Source: Octopus sinensis (lineage: Eukaryota). From it: a stretch of 64,000 bases of DNA. Within the stretch, counting starts at the first letter, position 1, and every line of letters starts with the position of its first letter. The notes under the pieces are model-generated. The model was not told the origin of the DNA. It saw nothing but the letters and a program-made list of their open reading frames with translations, and made no database searches. The position numbers and the translations under genes are program-made. The stretch covers positions 35,340,001-35,404,000 of the forward strand of contig NC_043006.1 in the NCBI RefSeq assembly GCF_006345805.1, given 5' to 3'. Shown one piece after another: positions 12,177 through 25,790 of the stretch.

Positions 12177-12212
<36 letters not shown>

Positions 12213-12221
12213 CATCACCAC

Positions 12222-12277
<56 letters not shown>

Positions 12278-12601
12278 ATAGCAGCAGCAGCAGAATTAGC
12301 AGTAGCAGTGTTATTAGAATTAACATTCGTTTTAGCCGTACTCCGACCTTTCCTCGGAATCGGGGATATTTGTATCTCGGTTTATGCTGGTTTTAGTGCT
12401 ACGGTTACGTGTGTGCAATATCCTACCATAGTCGCTGTTAATGTTGTCGCTGCAGTGACCTATGTTATAATAATATATGAACACACACATATATATATTG
12501 ATTGCACAATCATAACATAGGTCACTGCAGTCACAAGACTAACACCGACTATGATAGCATTTTGCACACACGTAACCGTAGCTCTACAACCAGAATAAAC
12601 C

Positions 12602-12662
<61 letters not shown>

Positions 12663-12673
12663 TAATAATAATG

Positions 12674-12739
<66 letters not shown>

Positions 12740-12741
<2 letters not shown>

Positions 12742-13190
12742 GTTTGCTTATTGATCGACATGAGCATCCCCTGTGATCATAATATCTCAGCGAAAGAGTT
12801 TGACAAGCTCAGAAAATATAAAGACCTACTCATTGAAATTGAGAAAATGTGGGATCTCAAGGCGGTTACAATACCAGTGATCGTAGGAGCACTAGGAATG
12901 ATCAAGAAGGGAACCGAAAATTATATGAGAATGATCCCTGGCTGACCATCCCTGCAAGAAGTGCAAAAGATTGTCTTAACTGGTACATCACACGTATTGA
13001 GAAGAGCATTGTCGATGTGAGACCTGTTACTGCTCATGTATTTTAATTTAACTTTAAAAAAAAAAAAAATGAACGAACTACTGAGTTTGGTTTAATGGCC
13101 TACCAATATACACTATGAGTGTCTTTGCCCTAGGAGTCGGGAAGACACTCGGCAAGAAATGGAAGAAAATTTGAAAGAAGAAAAAAAAAT
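12740..13190 (+). mobile_element. R4/Dong-clade LINE, 5'-truncated 3' end no. 1
   Basis: Directly follows (AAT)n. It encodes an RLE C-terminus, CLLIDMSIP...KYKDL...VIVGALGMI..(stop 12943-45)..QKIVLTGTSHVLRRALSM* (13020), then a 3' UTR running into (AAT)n. Confidence 0.85.
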
Positions 13191-13195
13191 AATAA

Positions 13196-13245
<50 letters not shown>

Positions 13246-14248
13246 GCTAAGGAAGCTGACTAATACAAACAAGAAATCATACCACCTAATAAACATGAAG
13301 AAGAAGAAGATGAAGAAACAACAAAAGCTATAAAACAAAGGAAATCCAAACTAAAAATAGAACAGCAACGAACCATGATAAAACGATGGCAAGAAAAGCC
13401 CCTTCATGGTAAATACTGGACTAAACTAAACGCAAAGGAAATAGACAAAGAAAAATCCCAGCAATGGTTGAGAAGCTCAGGACTCAAAGCAGAACAGAGG
13501 GATTTTTAATTGCAGCACAAGACCAAAGCCTCCCCACCAGAAATTACCAAAAACATGTAATGAAAAGAAATATTACAAGTAACTGCAGAATATGTGGAGA
13601 TGGACAAGAAACAATAAATCAGATTATCTCTAGCTGCCCAGTCCTGGCTAAGAAGGAATATATTCACAGACATGACAGAGTTGGAACCTACATACATTGG
13701 AAGCTATGCCAACATTATGGAATAAGAACAGAAAAAAGATGGTATAGGCACACACCAGAAAAGGTCACAGAAAACGAGAAAGCAACCATACTTTGGGATA
13801 TGCCGATACACACAGATAGAGAAATTAAGACCAACAGACCAGATATAGTTGTCAGAGACCATGAAGAAAAAAATGCTTTCTAATTGATGTATCAATACCG
13901 TCTGATGACAACGTGTCTCTAAAAGAAATGGAGAAACTCTCAAAATACAAAGACCTGGAAATAGAGGTAACTAGAATGTGGAATCTGAAAACAGAAACAA
14001 TTCCTATCATAGTAGGTGCATTAGGCATGATAAAAAAATATTCAGACAAATACATAACAAAAACATCAGGACTTACAAACACATAACATACAGAAAATTG
14101 CACTACTAGGCACTGCACACATCCTACGCAGAACACTTTCCATACAATAACCATCAGAGCATCACAACAAATCACAGCACATACCCAAGGCACACAGAGC
14201 TGCGCTCGGTAGTGAAGTGAAAGCACGCTATAAAAATAAAACTACTGA
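13246..14248 (+). mobile_element. R4/Dong-clade LINE, 5'-truncated 3' end no. 2 (zinc knuckle + RLE)
   Basis: Reads WQEKPLHGKY...EGFLIAAQDQSL...CRICGDGQETINQIISSC (CCHC knuckle with H>Q)...RHDRV..IHWKLC...NRPDIVV...LIDVSIP...GTAHILRRTLSIQ* (14150). It has two frameshifts (~13494, ~13870), ends ACTACTG(AAT)n, and is flanked by (AAT)n on both sides. Confidence 0.92.
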
Positions 14249-14264
14249 ATAATAATAATAATAT

Positions 14265-14875
14265 GCCATAGACTTACCTCAAACCACTACGAATTGTGGC
14301 GACACGATCAAAGTAACGAAAGTGCTCCACTGGAAACTGTGAGAAAAGTGGGGACTAGAGAGAGGCAGGACGTGGTATGAGAACGAACCGCAGAGAGTGG
14401 CTGAGTCGAAGACTAGAAAAGTTCCCCGGGATTTCTCAATCCAAACAAATCAGGTGCTAGAGCATAACAGACCGGACCGAGTGGTGGTGGACAAGGTGCA
14501 CCACCTATACCTTATAGTTGATGTTGCAGACCTTTTGACCCGAATAGTCAAGGAAGGCGTAAAGATCGATAGGTACAACACTTATAAGTACGAAACCACC
14601 CGTCTATGGAAATTGAAGAAGGTAAATTTAGTGCCAGTTATTGTTGTGCCCTTAGGAACAATATCCGAAGGAGACAAGAGGAATATAAAGGAAATTAGAA
14701 TAGAGTGCCCAGTAGAACTGTTAGAAAAGTTTTGCCTCCTTGGCACGACCAGAATGATCAGGTAAGTATTAGATAGCAGAAAAGAACGAATAGCATGATA
14801 TGGTAGGCTGCAGTCAGTAAGCCCGCTACGCATGCAAAGTTCGAGCGGCTCCAACAAAACCTGTGATAAAGAAGA
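14265..14875 (+). mobile_element. R4/Dong-clade LINE, older 3' end no. 3
   Basis: Degenerate RHDQ..KVLHWKL*EKWGL...WYENEP...DFSIQT...HNRPD.VVVDK...VPVIVVPLGTI...LLGTTRMIR. Confidence 0.75.
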
Positions 14876-15495
14876 AATAACAACAACAACAACAGCAATA
14901 ATAATAATAATAATAATAACAATAACAAGAAGAACAATAATAATAACAATAATAATAACAATAACAAGAAGAACAACAATAATAATAATAATAATAATAA
15001 CAAGAAGAAGAACAATAATAATAATAATAACAAGAACAACAACAATAATAATAACAATAACAACAATAATAATAATAATAACAAGAAGAACAACAATAAT
15101 AACGATAATAATAATAATAACAAGAAGAACAATGATAATAGCAATAATAATAACAATAACAAGAAGAACAATGATAATAACAATAATAATAACAATAACA
15201 AGAAGAACAATGATAATAACAATAATAATAACAATAACAAGAAGAACAACAATAATAATAAGAACAATAATAATAATAATAAGAAGAAGAAGAAGAACAA
15301 TAATAATAACAATAACAAGAAGAACAATAATAATAACAATAATAATAACAATAACAAGAAGAACAATAAAAATAACAATAACAAGAACAACAATAATAAT
15401 AATAATAATAACAAGAACAACATTAATAATAACAATAACAAGAAGAACAACAATAATAATAATAACAAGAAGAACAACAATAATAACAATAATGG
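14876..15495. repeat. Compound (AAT/AAC/AAG) triplet array with a higher-order unit
   Basis: The motif AATAATAACAATAACAAGAAGAAC recurs many times. It is the source of the long spurious 315/243/238-aa ORFs. Confidence 0.95.
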
Positions 15496-15504
15496 TGATG
15501 ATGA

Positions 15505-16030
15505 TGAAGTACCAGGCAGTGGCTTTCATGCCTTCTCATTTTAACTGATTGGAAGTGTTATCATGTACATTGTTTTGTCTTGATATAAAAGATGGGCTAC
15601 AGCAAATATTCTGCGCAATACCTCAGATTTGATTGTCAGTTGTTTAACATTAACAAGTAGAGCATGTCTCTTAGTGGCTAGCAATATGTGAATCTCTGAT
15701 CACCAGCAGAAGTAGTGGGGGAGCATCACAGCCATGTGTTGAGAGGAATACTTTTGGGTTTGAATCATTCACTTCTGGAAACGTGTGTCTCGTTCAACAC
15801 CCTTAAACAACCCTTATTCAGGAACATTTTGACCGGGATGGACTACGCGACCTGAAGAAACTTCTAACTGGTTCCCACCTGTAAGATCATGTGCTGTTAA
15901 TCTTGATATGAGATCACCATGTCGCGCACATATGGTTGTCATGCATGCACCTGGTGTATAATTATCAGACGACTAGTCATGATGAGTATACTGGGCTTTG
16001 TATATTTTACCTCATTGTCACCCAGTAAAT
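15505..16030 (+). mobile_element. Unclassified ~557-bp triplet-repeat-associated element, diverged copy lacking the 3' end
   Basis: Aligns with 48910-49466 from GTACCAGGCAGTGGC to TATATTTTACC. Confidence 0.8.
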
Positions 16031-16688
16031 TATATTTGCTTGTCTTTCGCATCTTATCTTCAGGGAATAGAGTATCAGGTCTTTTAACGTCTCTCAGTGG
16101 TCCGTCTTTCTTTGATGACCGTTAACATGTACCACGAAGCATTTATTTAATATGTCGAAGAGGTAAATTTCGATTCATTAGCAAATTACTACGTTTGCTT
16201 TGCAATACATCAACGTAAGCTTTAGGTGTATACACCAACCGTCGTTCCTAGATATGCATATCAATACTCGTCACCGTTTTTGTACTTCAAATGCTTGTAC
16301 GTGTATTTCTCTTTGATTCTCATTGTCTATCCCGTTCCCAGCAACAGACGTAATGTTTTCTGTGCCATTTCAAAGGGACACCCACGCATGCGCACATACA
16401 GAAATCTCATTATATAAACCGAAAATGGCGAGCGTATGTGACGTTTAATGCAGTTAGGTCTGTGATAATTTCATGAGTCGAATACTTAATTAAGAATTCA
16501 TGAAAAGTGATGGAAACAATTATGTATGGGTGATTATGGAGATAAATGTGATTACATCTCATCGCTCTCACCCCTTTTCCTTTTCCGCCTATTTCACTCT
16601 CTCTCAACTTTTTTTTCTCTTTGTCCCTAACTCCTACATTCTCTCTATTATTTTCTCTCTCGGTCTGTGTGCTATGCCTACACACACA

Positions 16689-16777
<89 letters not shown>

Positions 16778-17149
16778 GTGTACATATACATGCATACGCG
16801 CATATATATTGCATGCTTTTAATTATTTTGGCTTTATTTCTTTCTCAGCTTTCAAGTCTTCATATTCCTACTTTAGCTATTCCCTCAGGTTCTCTTAATT
16901 TCTAGATTCGCCTCTCTCACTCCATTTTCCCACTCTCTCTTTCTCTCCCTCCCTCCCTCTCTCCATTTCTGTCGTAAGAACACTTTGTGATTAGCGCTTG
17001 TTCTTTTGTTTATTCATTCTTCATAAATATAAATGCATGAATCAATCAATCGATGAATCAATCAATTTCTCTTTCCTATTTCTTGCTCTGTGTGTGTGAA
17101 CCAATATGTATGCATGCATATATTATATATGTATGTATACATCGATCGG

Positions 17150-17254
<105 letters not shown>

Positions 17255-17371
17255 TTATCCATCTATCTATTTATCTATGTCTCTGTCTATCTATCTATGT
17301 ATCTCTCTATTTAATTATCTATCTATATATCTATTTATCTATCCATCTATCTATATATACATTTATATATG

Positions 17372-17561
<190 letters not shown>

Positions 17562-18676
17562 TAAATCTGCTTACACACACACGCATATATATAGAGAGAG
17601 TCGTTCATAGATATAGTTGTCTGCCATTTTATCAATAAGCTCTTATTATTTGCCATCACAAAGAAGAACGTATTATAACACTTATCTTGGTCGTTTGAAA
17701 TTCTGAATTTCTATCGAAAATTATACACATTTCGTCTCCTAATCTGTGTGCTACTTTTCACTGGAATCAGTCCATTGAATTATAGGTGTATCTCACCTGA
17801 GACATTCTGGTTTCTTCGAGAATTTAATCTGGTTTAAGTCTATATTATTTTGAAATTAAATATTCAATATAAAATATCTTCAAAGTTTACGAAAGAAAGT
17901 ATTTGTAAAAGAACCATTCATTTATATACATGTCGAATGGCGATCATGTTGAGCAATTATCGTATGAACAAACCTATTCAGCCAGAAACGTGTGTCCTCC
18001 ACTCTTCTTTATCTCCAGAGAATAAGCCTGTCCTTTTTATTTCTTAATGGTATGTCAACGAAGGAGAATTTTTAATTCTTGCCATGATCTCCCCCATTTC
18101 AAATTGCGCTTGCCTTAAACACCATTTGTTTCTTATGATACATCCTCTGCAGACAGATATAATATTAATAGATCTAGAATTTATATTATATGGTATAAGA
18201 TATACCAGCATTTGCCTACATGTGTTTCTTTAACATGTATGTAAGTATGTATTTATGCATGTACGTATGTACGTATGTATATGCGTGTGTACGTATGAAA
18301 GAATTTACGTACGTACATATGTATGTACATACTTAAGTATGTATGTATGTATCTATGTATCTGTATGTATGTGTGTATGTATGTATGTGTATAATTGTGT
18401 ATGTATATATGTATATATACATCAACAAGAAAGGCATCTGCGTGGTAGCTAGAACTGATAGAAATAAAAGCCACTTCTCTTTCAAATCATATTATACTCT
18501 CTCATTTGCATACGACCCATCAAACACACAAGACATGTAATTATTAATAAGACGTGTCCGAAATAAATAGCCAAAACTCCTCCAAATCACACTATTGCCC
18601 TTATTCCTATTTTCATATGATACTAGTACATCACGTGATTCATCTAGCAATGAGCATGTGTTTGCTTGCGTGTGTT

Positions 18677-18727
<51 letters not shown>

Positions 18728-19617
18728 GAAAGCGCTTGATGTTATAGGTTTCGGACGAAGCTATTCTCACTACAATAATTTGAGGTTATTGAGCAACGAA
18801 TGTAACACTGTTTTGGTCTTTGACTCCTATTAGTGGAGAAATTTTAATTCGTTGTTAATTAAAAGTTTCGGATCGGCTTATTTTTATAACCGTCATTACT
18901 TTATAGTATTATTCGGGATTACATTTCTTAACAGAATTAACTTAAACTGAACGGACACAAGATTGCAGGGAAGAATTCCTACACAATGAGAGATTTGTGT
19001 CACCGTTAAGGATGGCATTTGATGAATTCAGTTAAACAATTATGCCTATATAAATAGATTAATCAAGTTAGCTAACGCAGAACTAGGATTAATTAGTAAG
19101 AAGATTATAAGGAAGATCACCGATAGCATTAGAGCGGTGAATAATTTACAACAATGGCCTAACTGGAACGCATAAAATATTTCGATATGGTTACTAAGAG
19201 AGAGAACTCTAGATTTACTCAGCCTGAATCTGTGGAACTCTTACTATAGGCACATCCTTTCACTGTAAAGCATTAGAAAATTGTAACACTGATGTCACTG
19301 ATCTAGAGATATTATATGTTAGGAACATATTACTTTACACAGCATCTTCATAACTTGCAACCAAACATACACATTTAATGTTGGAATAGATATGCGAACG
19401 TGCTGGTTTTCTAGAAGATAAATGGCACTTGGCAAAGGTGCTGCGCTGGGAGAACGAACCCGAAACATGTGGTTGCAAAACGAGTTTCTTAACCACAAGG
19501 TTTGGTCCTTATGTAATAACCACCACATAACATTCATTCACAATGAAACATTGATATCCTTACCAACGTAATCTCTGCAATAGCATGCAGAAACATTTAA
19601 TATAATAGGCACACACA

Positions 19618-19656
<39 letters not shown>

Positions 19657-21394
19657 ATACACACACACATCACAGTACAGCGCACAGCACAAGTACAGCC
19701 TCACTAACTGTATCTATCAACACCAATACACACTTTCAAAATGCATCGTGCCTCCGCCCATAAAACTCTGTCCACATAAACAGAATCGGCTGCTGTTAAT
19801 CAATGAGAAGTGAGGCTGACAATTTCTCTGTAACTAACAGTGTAACGGAGTGGAAAGCCACGATTCTAGTTTCCGACTCTTCCCGAAGAGTTTCGATGCG
19901 CTTTACTGGATTCGTTAAAACCTCTCTCTCTTCACTGATCAAGATCAATGACCGCGATCGTACTGAATATTTGAAACTATAAACTCCTAATCGAATATCA
20001 TTCAAAGCTATTCCAAATATCCATTTAGCACGTAAATGTTTGTATCTGTTATTTACATTATATCCTGTTCGCTAATCTCTCTACAAACACATATGCATAC
20101 TTGCGTGTGTGTGTGTGTGTGTGTGTGTGTAAAGAGAGAGCGAGAGAGAGAGAGAGAGACATACAGATATAATCGTTTCAACGGTACATAATAGTGTTAT
20201 AGATCTGTCGTTCCATTGCATATTAGTGCTTGTACGTGCGTGCGCGCGCGTAGGTGTGTGTGTGTGTGAAGTTTCTTCAGCTTATCATGCTGCTATGCTT
20301 AACTATTTGTTCAACCATTGTCCCTAATTTTCCTACAATACTCTAACTCTCATTCTATATGATTATATATTTGTATGACTATGTATGCTCGTATATATGC
20401 ATACATGTATGCAATATTTATTTCTGTATCTCTACATGCTTCCTCTATACCTGTCTCCAAATTCGTTCTTGTCTGCGTCTTACCTCTTTACTTCCCATTG
20501 TACAGGTCAGCTAAATTGTCAGTCTGGCTAGTGTTTTTGTGTTGGACACTCTTACGACTTTACAAGAACTTTGATATCTGTCTCTCCCTCCATCCCTTTC
20601 CACTACTTTCTCTTTCTCTCCATCTCTGTCTCCCTTTCCCTCTCTCTCTCTGTCTAGGTTTCTCTTTCTCTTTAGGATTCTCTTTCTTTCTCTAGGCCTT
20701 TCTCTCTCTAGGCTTTTCTCTGTCTCTTTAGACCTCCCTCTCTCTCTCTCTGGGATTCTCTCCTCTCACTAGTCTTTTCTCTGTTTCTTTAGACATTTCT
20801 CTCTCTCTCTCTCTCTCTCTCAGTTTCCCTTGCTCTCTATCTGTTGCTTTCTTTCTGGGTTCTTTATGGTCACTCCTAAGTATAATCTGTATTAACTTAA
20901 ATATTCTCTCTATATTTTAGGAACACATAAATAGTTATTTCTTCAGGGATTCATCGTATGCCCATCTGTCTACACATATATACACAAAAGTATCTAAATC
21001 TGCATATTTCTGGGTGTGGCTTTTCCTTTCAAACTCGATTCTACATTTCAGTGACATTTTACATTTATGCAAATGCTTTCCTAAACGAAATTACCCTTCA
21101 TATTTGAAGCTCTGACGAAGCTATAATGTGATGCACAAGCACACGATTGTGAGTGCATTGCATCTTGTAGCAGTAACAGCTGTAAGCTAATGAGGTTCAT
21201 CATACAATTTCCTGTTCCTTTGTCATTTATATAATCTCTTATTGTGCTCTGTACTGAACTGAGGTTTTGTTTTGAAGCATACGTATCCTGAGGTCTAGCA
21301 CTGGGTTATTAGTATCGCTATGCCTAAGCAAGTTATTAAAGACATTCATGGACATATCGTGCGCATGTGTGTATACGTATTCTGTACGGATATA

Positions 21395-22465
21395 CAGGGT
21401 GCGTAAGGTATTTGGGTCATAGCTGCATTTTTTGCTAACACTGTGTAATCATTGTTTCAGAAAATGATAATGACAGACCCTCAGCTTACCCAAGAAATGA
21501 AGAGGCATGCTGTTATTGTGGTTATAAATCTCTCAATTTTTAAAAGTTTCTAGATCTTTCGTCTACAGAATTTGTAAGGAGCTAGAGACTGAAGATGGAA
21601 ACGTATCACCAGTAACAGAGCATAAAAAGCATTCTAAACGCTCTGAATTTATCCAAGTTCAACAGACCATTGATTACAATCTCAGGAAGTCCATAAGGTC
21701 AATTGCATAGGATTGTGTCAGAAGGAACGGTCAGGAATGTTGTCCACGAAGACATCAGATATAATTCTTAAATGATCAGGAAAGGTCAATTTGTCAGAAA
21801 AAGCAAAAGAAAATTACTACATCAGATATAAAAGGCTCTTTTAAACAAATTGAAACATCCAGCAGAAGATTTAATTTGGTGTTTCTCAAACGAGAAAAAC
21901 TTCAACCAACATCAAAAAGTTTACAGAAGAAATGACAGTTGATTATGTTCAGAACCTTCTGAAGTTCCAAGTTTTATGCATACAAAATTTCCTGCCACTG
22001 TCATGATTTTAAGGGTTCTCAGCAATGTAGGGCATGTGATGCTTTCTTACGTCTTCCCACAGGGTCTTAGAGTTAACTCTACATTGAGGTCCTGGAAACT
22101 GCTATCAAACTCTGGATAAACAGTGTATGCAATAGAAAGCCATATGTATTTCAGTAAAACTCTGCTCTATCACACATGGCTCTAGTAACTCCGGAATGGA
22201 TGGCTAGAAATTTTCGTGATCACATAACCCCTAACATTTGGCCTCCTAATTCCCCAGATCTCAATCCATTGGACTATTACATGTGGAGCGTTGTTGAGAG
22301 AGAGGTCAAGGAACACGTCCATAACACCCAAGAGTCTTTGAAAGGTGCTGCAGTAGTCAGAGTAATGTCCAAAATGAACCAGAACCACTAGATTCAAGTA
22401 TGTAGATGATTTAGATCTCATATAGAAGCAGTTGTTGAAGTTGAAGCTGGCTTTATTGAACATGA
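21395..22465 (+). pseudogene. Tc1/mariner superfamily DD37D (maT-type) transposon remnant
   Basis: Starts TA|CAGGGTG. Fragmented transposase reads W.FSNEKNF...HTKFPATVM...YVFQ*NSA.SH...WPPNSPDLNPLDYYMWSVVERE...IEAVVEVEAGFIEH*. There are 37 residues between the mutated second catalytic position and the D of PLD. No right TIR was found. Confidence 0.85.
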
Positions 22466-22549
22466 TAGAAAAGAAGGTTTATATCTATCCTTATAGCATT
22501 TTAAAATAAAGTTATTACGTTGAGTCTTCTCTATCCCTTTTCCTTTCTC

Positions 22550-22595
<46 letters not shown>

Positions 22596-23253
22596 CGTCT
22601 ATGTCTGTCTGTCTCTTTCAACCTGTCTCTATCTTTTCCTTTCAGTCTGGGTTCTATATGCTTACTCATATTCACGGTCCGTACTAACATACATATTCTC
22701 TCTATATTTTATGCTGGAAAGAAAGAAAACAGAACTGAACTTTTCCACGCTAGTTCTTTATCAGCGAACAGTCATGAAAGAACGTATAAAAGAATGGGGT
22801 GAGGTGGTTGAACGAAGTATGTATGGAGATACATGTAATATGTATTTGTAATATGTAATATGTGTTGTAATACGTAATATGTGTTTGTGTGTGTGTTTTC
22901 TAGGATCTGGAGCAGGAACTATGTCCAGGATGTTGACAAACCCTCCAAGAGCTACGGTTTACATTCCTGCTGAAAACATGGAAGTCAAAGGCTGCAGGAG
23001 AAAAACAGAGCAACATGCATAATACCAATGTTGTCTTCGAAACATATGTTGTAAGTAAAAGAATTTGAATAACACCTTCGGTTAACTCCATTTATTTATA
23101 TATATTATACAAAATATTTCACATCAACCAGGAATTTCTACCTTTACAAATAGAGTGTTACGTCCTTATTACATGTGTGATTTTATGCTGCCCTGGTAAC
23201 TGTTTATATATATTTTCCGTGTTAATTGCAAACAAGGGAAAAATACACACACA

Positions 23254-23308
<55 letters not shown>

Positions 23309-24319
23309 ACACACACACACACACATATATATACATATATATATATATATACAAACAGCATCATGATACTCACAATTAGACATAAGTCCTGATCACCTTC
23401 ATGAATAGTCAGAATGGATGCTGTATTATGAACGTATCCTCCTCATACGTGAAGCTCTCAAAATCAATGAGAACCAAGCAACAGTAGCTATACATAGTAC
23501 AATGACTACTATATCAACCTCAACAGCGGCCTCCAGCCAGACAGTACCATTAAATGTTGTTGTAAGCTGCAACAGACGAGTCTCAAGGGCAATTTATCTC
23601 TAGTCTAAGCCATAGCTAATCGAACAGATGAATACCAAAATATCTTTAATTCTTTACATGCTGTAGCATACAGCAATTATTGACCTAAACAATAATACAT
23701 ACAGTACAAATATCAAAACCGAGCGTTGGTTGATAGGAAGTCATTGATTTTGATATTTTAATTATTTCTCCGTTTAGACTGTCATCTTCATGATTCTCAT
23801 CTTATTCCGAAATCTTTCTCCTGCCCCTTTCTATCTATATGTTTCGCGTTGATCTGGTTCTCTTTCATTATTTACTCCTCTGTAAGTGTGTCTTTATTTA
23901 ATAATTCTATTGTTGTTCTTCATTTTATGATTGTTTCTTGAGTTTTCTGTTGATTTCTGATATCTTTCTGGTTTTGAGAATGCATCTTTTTAAAATTGAT
24001 TAGTTTATCTGTTTCATTGTAAAATAGAGGTCAAAAAGGTGTTATTATTTGTACTGTCGTATCAAAGTTTTATCTTCAGCGTAGAGTGTAGCTGTAGAAT
24101 GTGCTTAGAAAGAAGAAAAACAATTCCACTTCTGTTTGGTTGCGTGTATTTTTATTGATGCTTGAATTGATTGATACCTGAGGTTTCAAATGCCAGCCGT
24201 TCTATAGATTATTATCATTTTCGCTTGTACTGGTTATGCGTTTTTGCCTATGATAAGCTTCATTTTTCAGCGCGTTTCGTTTTTCAATTTTTATGTTCAG
24301 GCGAAAGTGTTCGTAAGCA

Positions 24320-24587
24320 AGACCCAGGTTCAGATACGCTACGTGGTATTTTGGGTAAGTGTCTTTTACCATAGTCTCGGCAGACCAAAGCTTTGAGAAC
24401 GTATGTGGTAGAGGGGAAACTGAAAGAAGCCGGTCATATACACACACAAATACACGTATCTATGTGTGTGTCTGTCTTTGTGACTGTTCTACCGCCCCCC
24501 GCACGCACACCTACAGCTTGACAACCAGCGTTGGTTTGTTTTCGTCTCGTAAGCTAGTGGTGCGGCAAATATGTCAGACAGAATAAG
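24320..24587 (+). mobile_element. SINE family A, old partial copy
   Basis: Similar to 29751-30160 (CCAGGTTCAG...GGGTAAGTGTCTT...GAAACTGAAAGAAGCC...GACAACC). Confidence 0.6.
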
Positions 24588-24642
24588 AGCCAGGTTAAAA
24601 AAAAAAAAAAATTACGGAGATGTACTTGCATAGCAATTGACC

Positions 24643-24846
24643 TGATTTGAGACCGTGACATGAAAAAAAAAATTGCAGCGTAGAAGGTGTTTATGAGCCA
24701 TTTAAAAACACGGAATGTTGTCATTGAACAGGTCGTGGTCTCAAAGCAACGAAAATATTTTAACAAATTAAATTTAAATGTTGAAGTGAACCAAACCGTT
24801 TTTATGCATTTTTAAATGGCTTGTAGACACCTTCCACACTATAATT
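24643..24846. mobile_element. MITE-like element with long terminal inverted repeats
   Basis: AATTGCAGCGTAGAAGGTGTTTATGAGCCATTTAAAAA (24671...) is the inverted partner of TTTTTAAATGGCTTGTAGACACCTTCCACACTATAATT (...24846). The core is shared with 53321-53530. Confidence 0.6.
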
Positions 24847-24993
24847 GTTTCTTAAAAAAGTACTCTAGTAAATTACATTAATTACATTATTTATATTTGA
24901 CCGATATTTGTCCTCTTCTTGTTTGTTGTTTCTGTGATATTTTTGGTTTAGATTTTGATACGCCGTTGTTTAATTGTTAATAATGGATATTTT

Positions 24994-25391
24994 AAGGCGG
25001 CGAGCTGGCAGAATTGTTAGCACGCCGTGCGAAATGCTTAGCGGTATTTCGTCTGCCGCTACGTTCTGAGTTCAAATTCCGCCGAGGTCGACCTTGCCTT
25101 TCATCCTTTCGGGGTCGATTAAATAAATACCAGTTACGCAATGAGGTCGATGTAATCGACTTAATCCGTTTGTCTGTCCTTGTTTGTCCCCTCTGTGTTT
25201 AGCCCCTTGTGGGTAGTAAAGAAATATGTATTTATTCTGTCTTTACGTTCTGTGTTCAAATTCCGCTGAGGTCGACTTTGCCTTTTATCCTTTTGAGGTC
25301 GATAAATTAAGTACCAGTTGCGTACTGGGCTTAATCTAATCGACTGGTCACCGCCTCCAAAATTTCGGGCCTTAACCCTAGAGTAGAAATG
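24994..25391 (+). mobile_element. SINE family B dimer (full unit plus 5'-truncated unit) with a 15-bp TSD
   Basis: A-box-like TGGCAGAATTGTTAG and B-box-like GAGTTCAAATTC. The second unit starts ~25236. The direct repeat AATAATGGATATTTT lies at 24979-24993 and 25392-25406. Confidence 0.9.
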
Positions 25392-25469
25392 AATAATGGA
25401 TATTTTTCGGAGCAGCCTTGCCAGGAGATCTCCTGTCATATTGTCAGGATCGGTACAGAAGCGAGCTGT

Positions 25470-25790
25470 GAATGCGCGTGTCTTAATGGTTAGGGATATT
25501 CGACTCACGATCCTGAGGTCATGAGTTCGATTTCCGGTAACGCGTAATGTCCTTGAGCAAGACACTTTATTTCACGTAGTTTGAATGCACTCGACTGGAA
25601 AAATGAGTTGTACCTGTAATTAAAGGGAGCCAGCCTTGCCATATTCTGTGTAGTGCTGAATCTCCCTGAGAACTATGTTAAGGGTACACTTGTTTGTGGA
25701 GTACTCATCCAGTTGCACATTAATTTCACGAGAGGGATGTTATGTTGATTGTATCAACAGCAGTGCTCGTCGTCGTAACCGACGGAGTTA
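25470..25790 (+). mobile_element. tRNA-derived SINE (family D here)
   Basis: Head GCGTGTCTTAATGGTTAGG...GAGTTCGATTTCC followed by GTCCTTGAGCAAGACACTTTATTTCAC, a typical SINE post-tRNA segment. Confidence 0.7.

Noticed and set aside
14582-15548. 315-aa, 243-aa and 238-aa ORFs, among the longest in the track
   Set aside because: They lie almost entirely within the compound AAT/AAC/AAG array, with low complexity in all frames.
17990-18040. Minus-strand peptide GLFSGDKEEWRTH resembling a cytochrome P450 segment
   Set aside because: Flanked closely by stops, with no usable splice sites in frame; likely chance.
23418-23603. LLIREALKINENQ resembling a GIY-YIG C-terminal motif
   Set aside because: A single short motif with no other PLE coding signal nearby.
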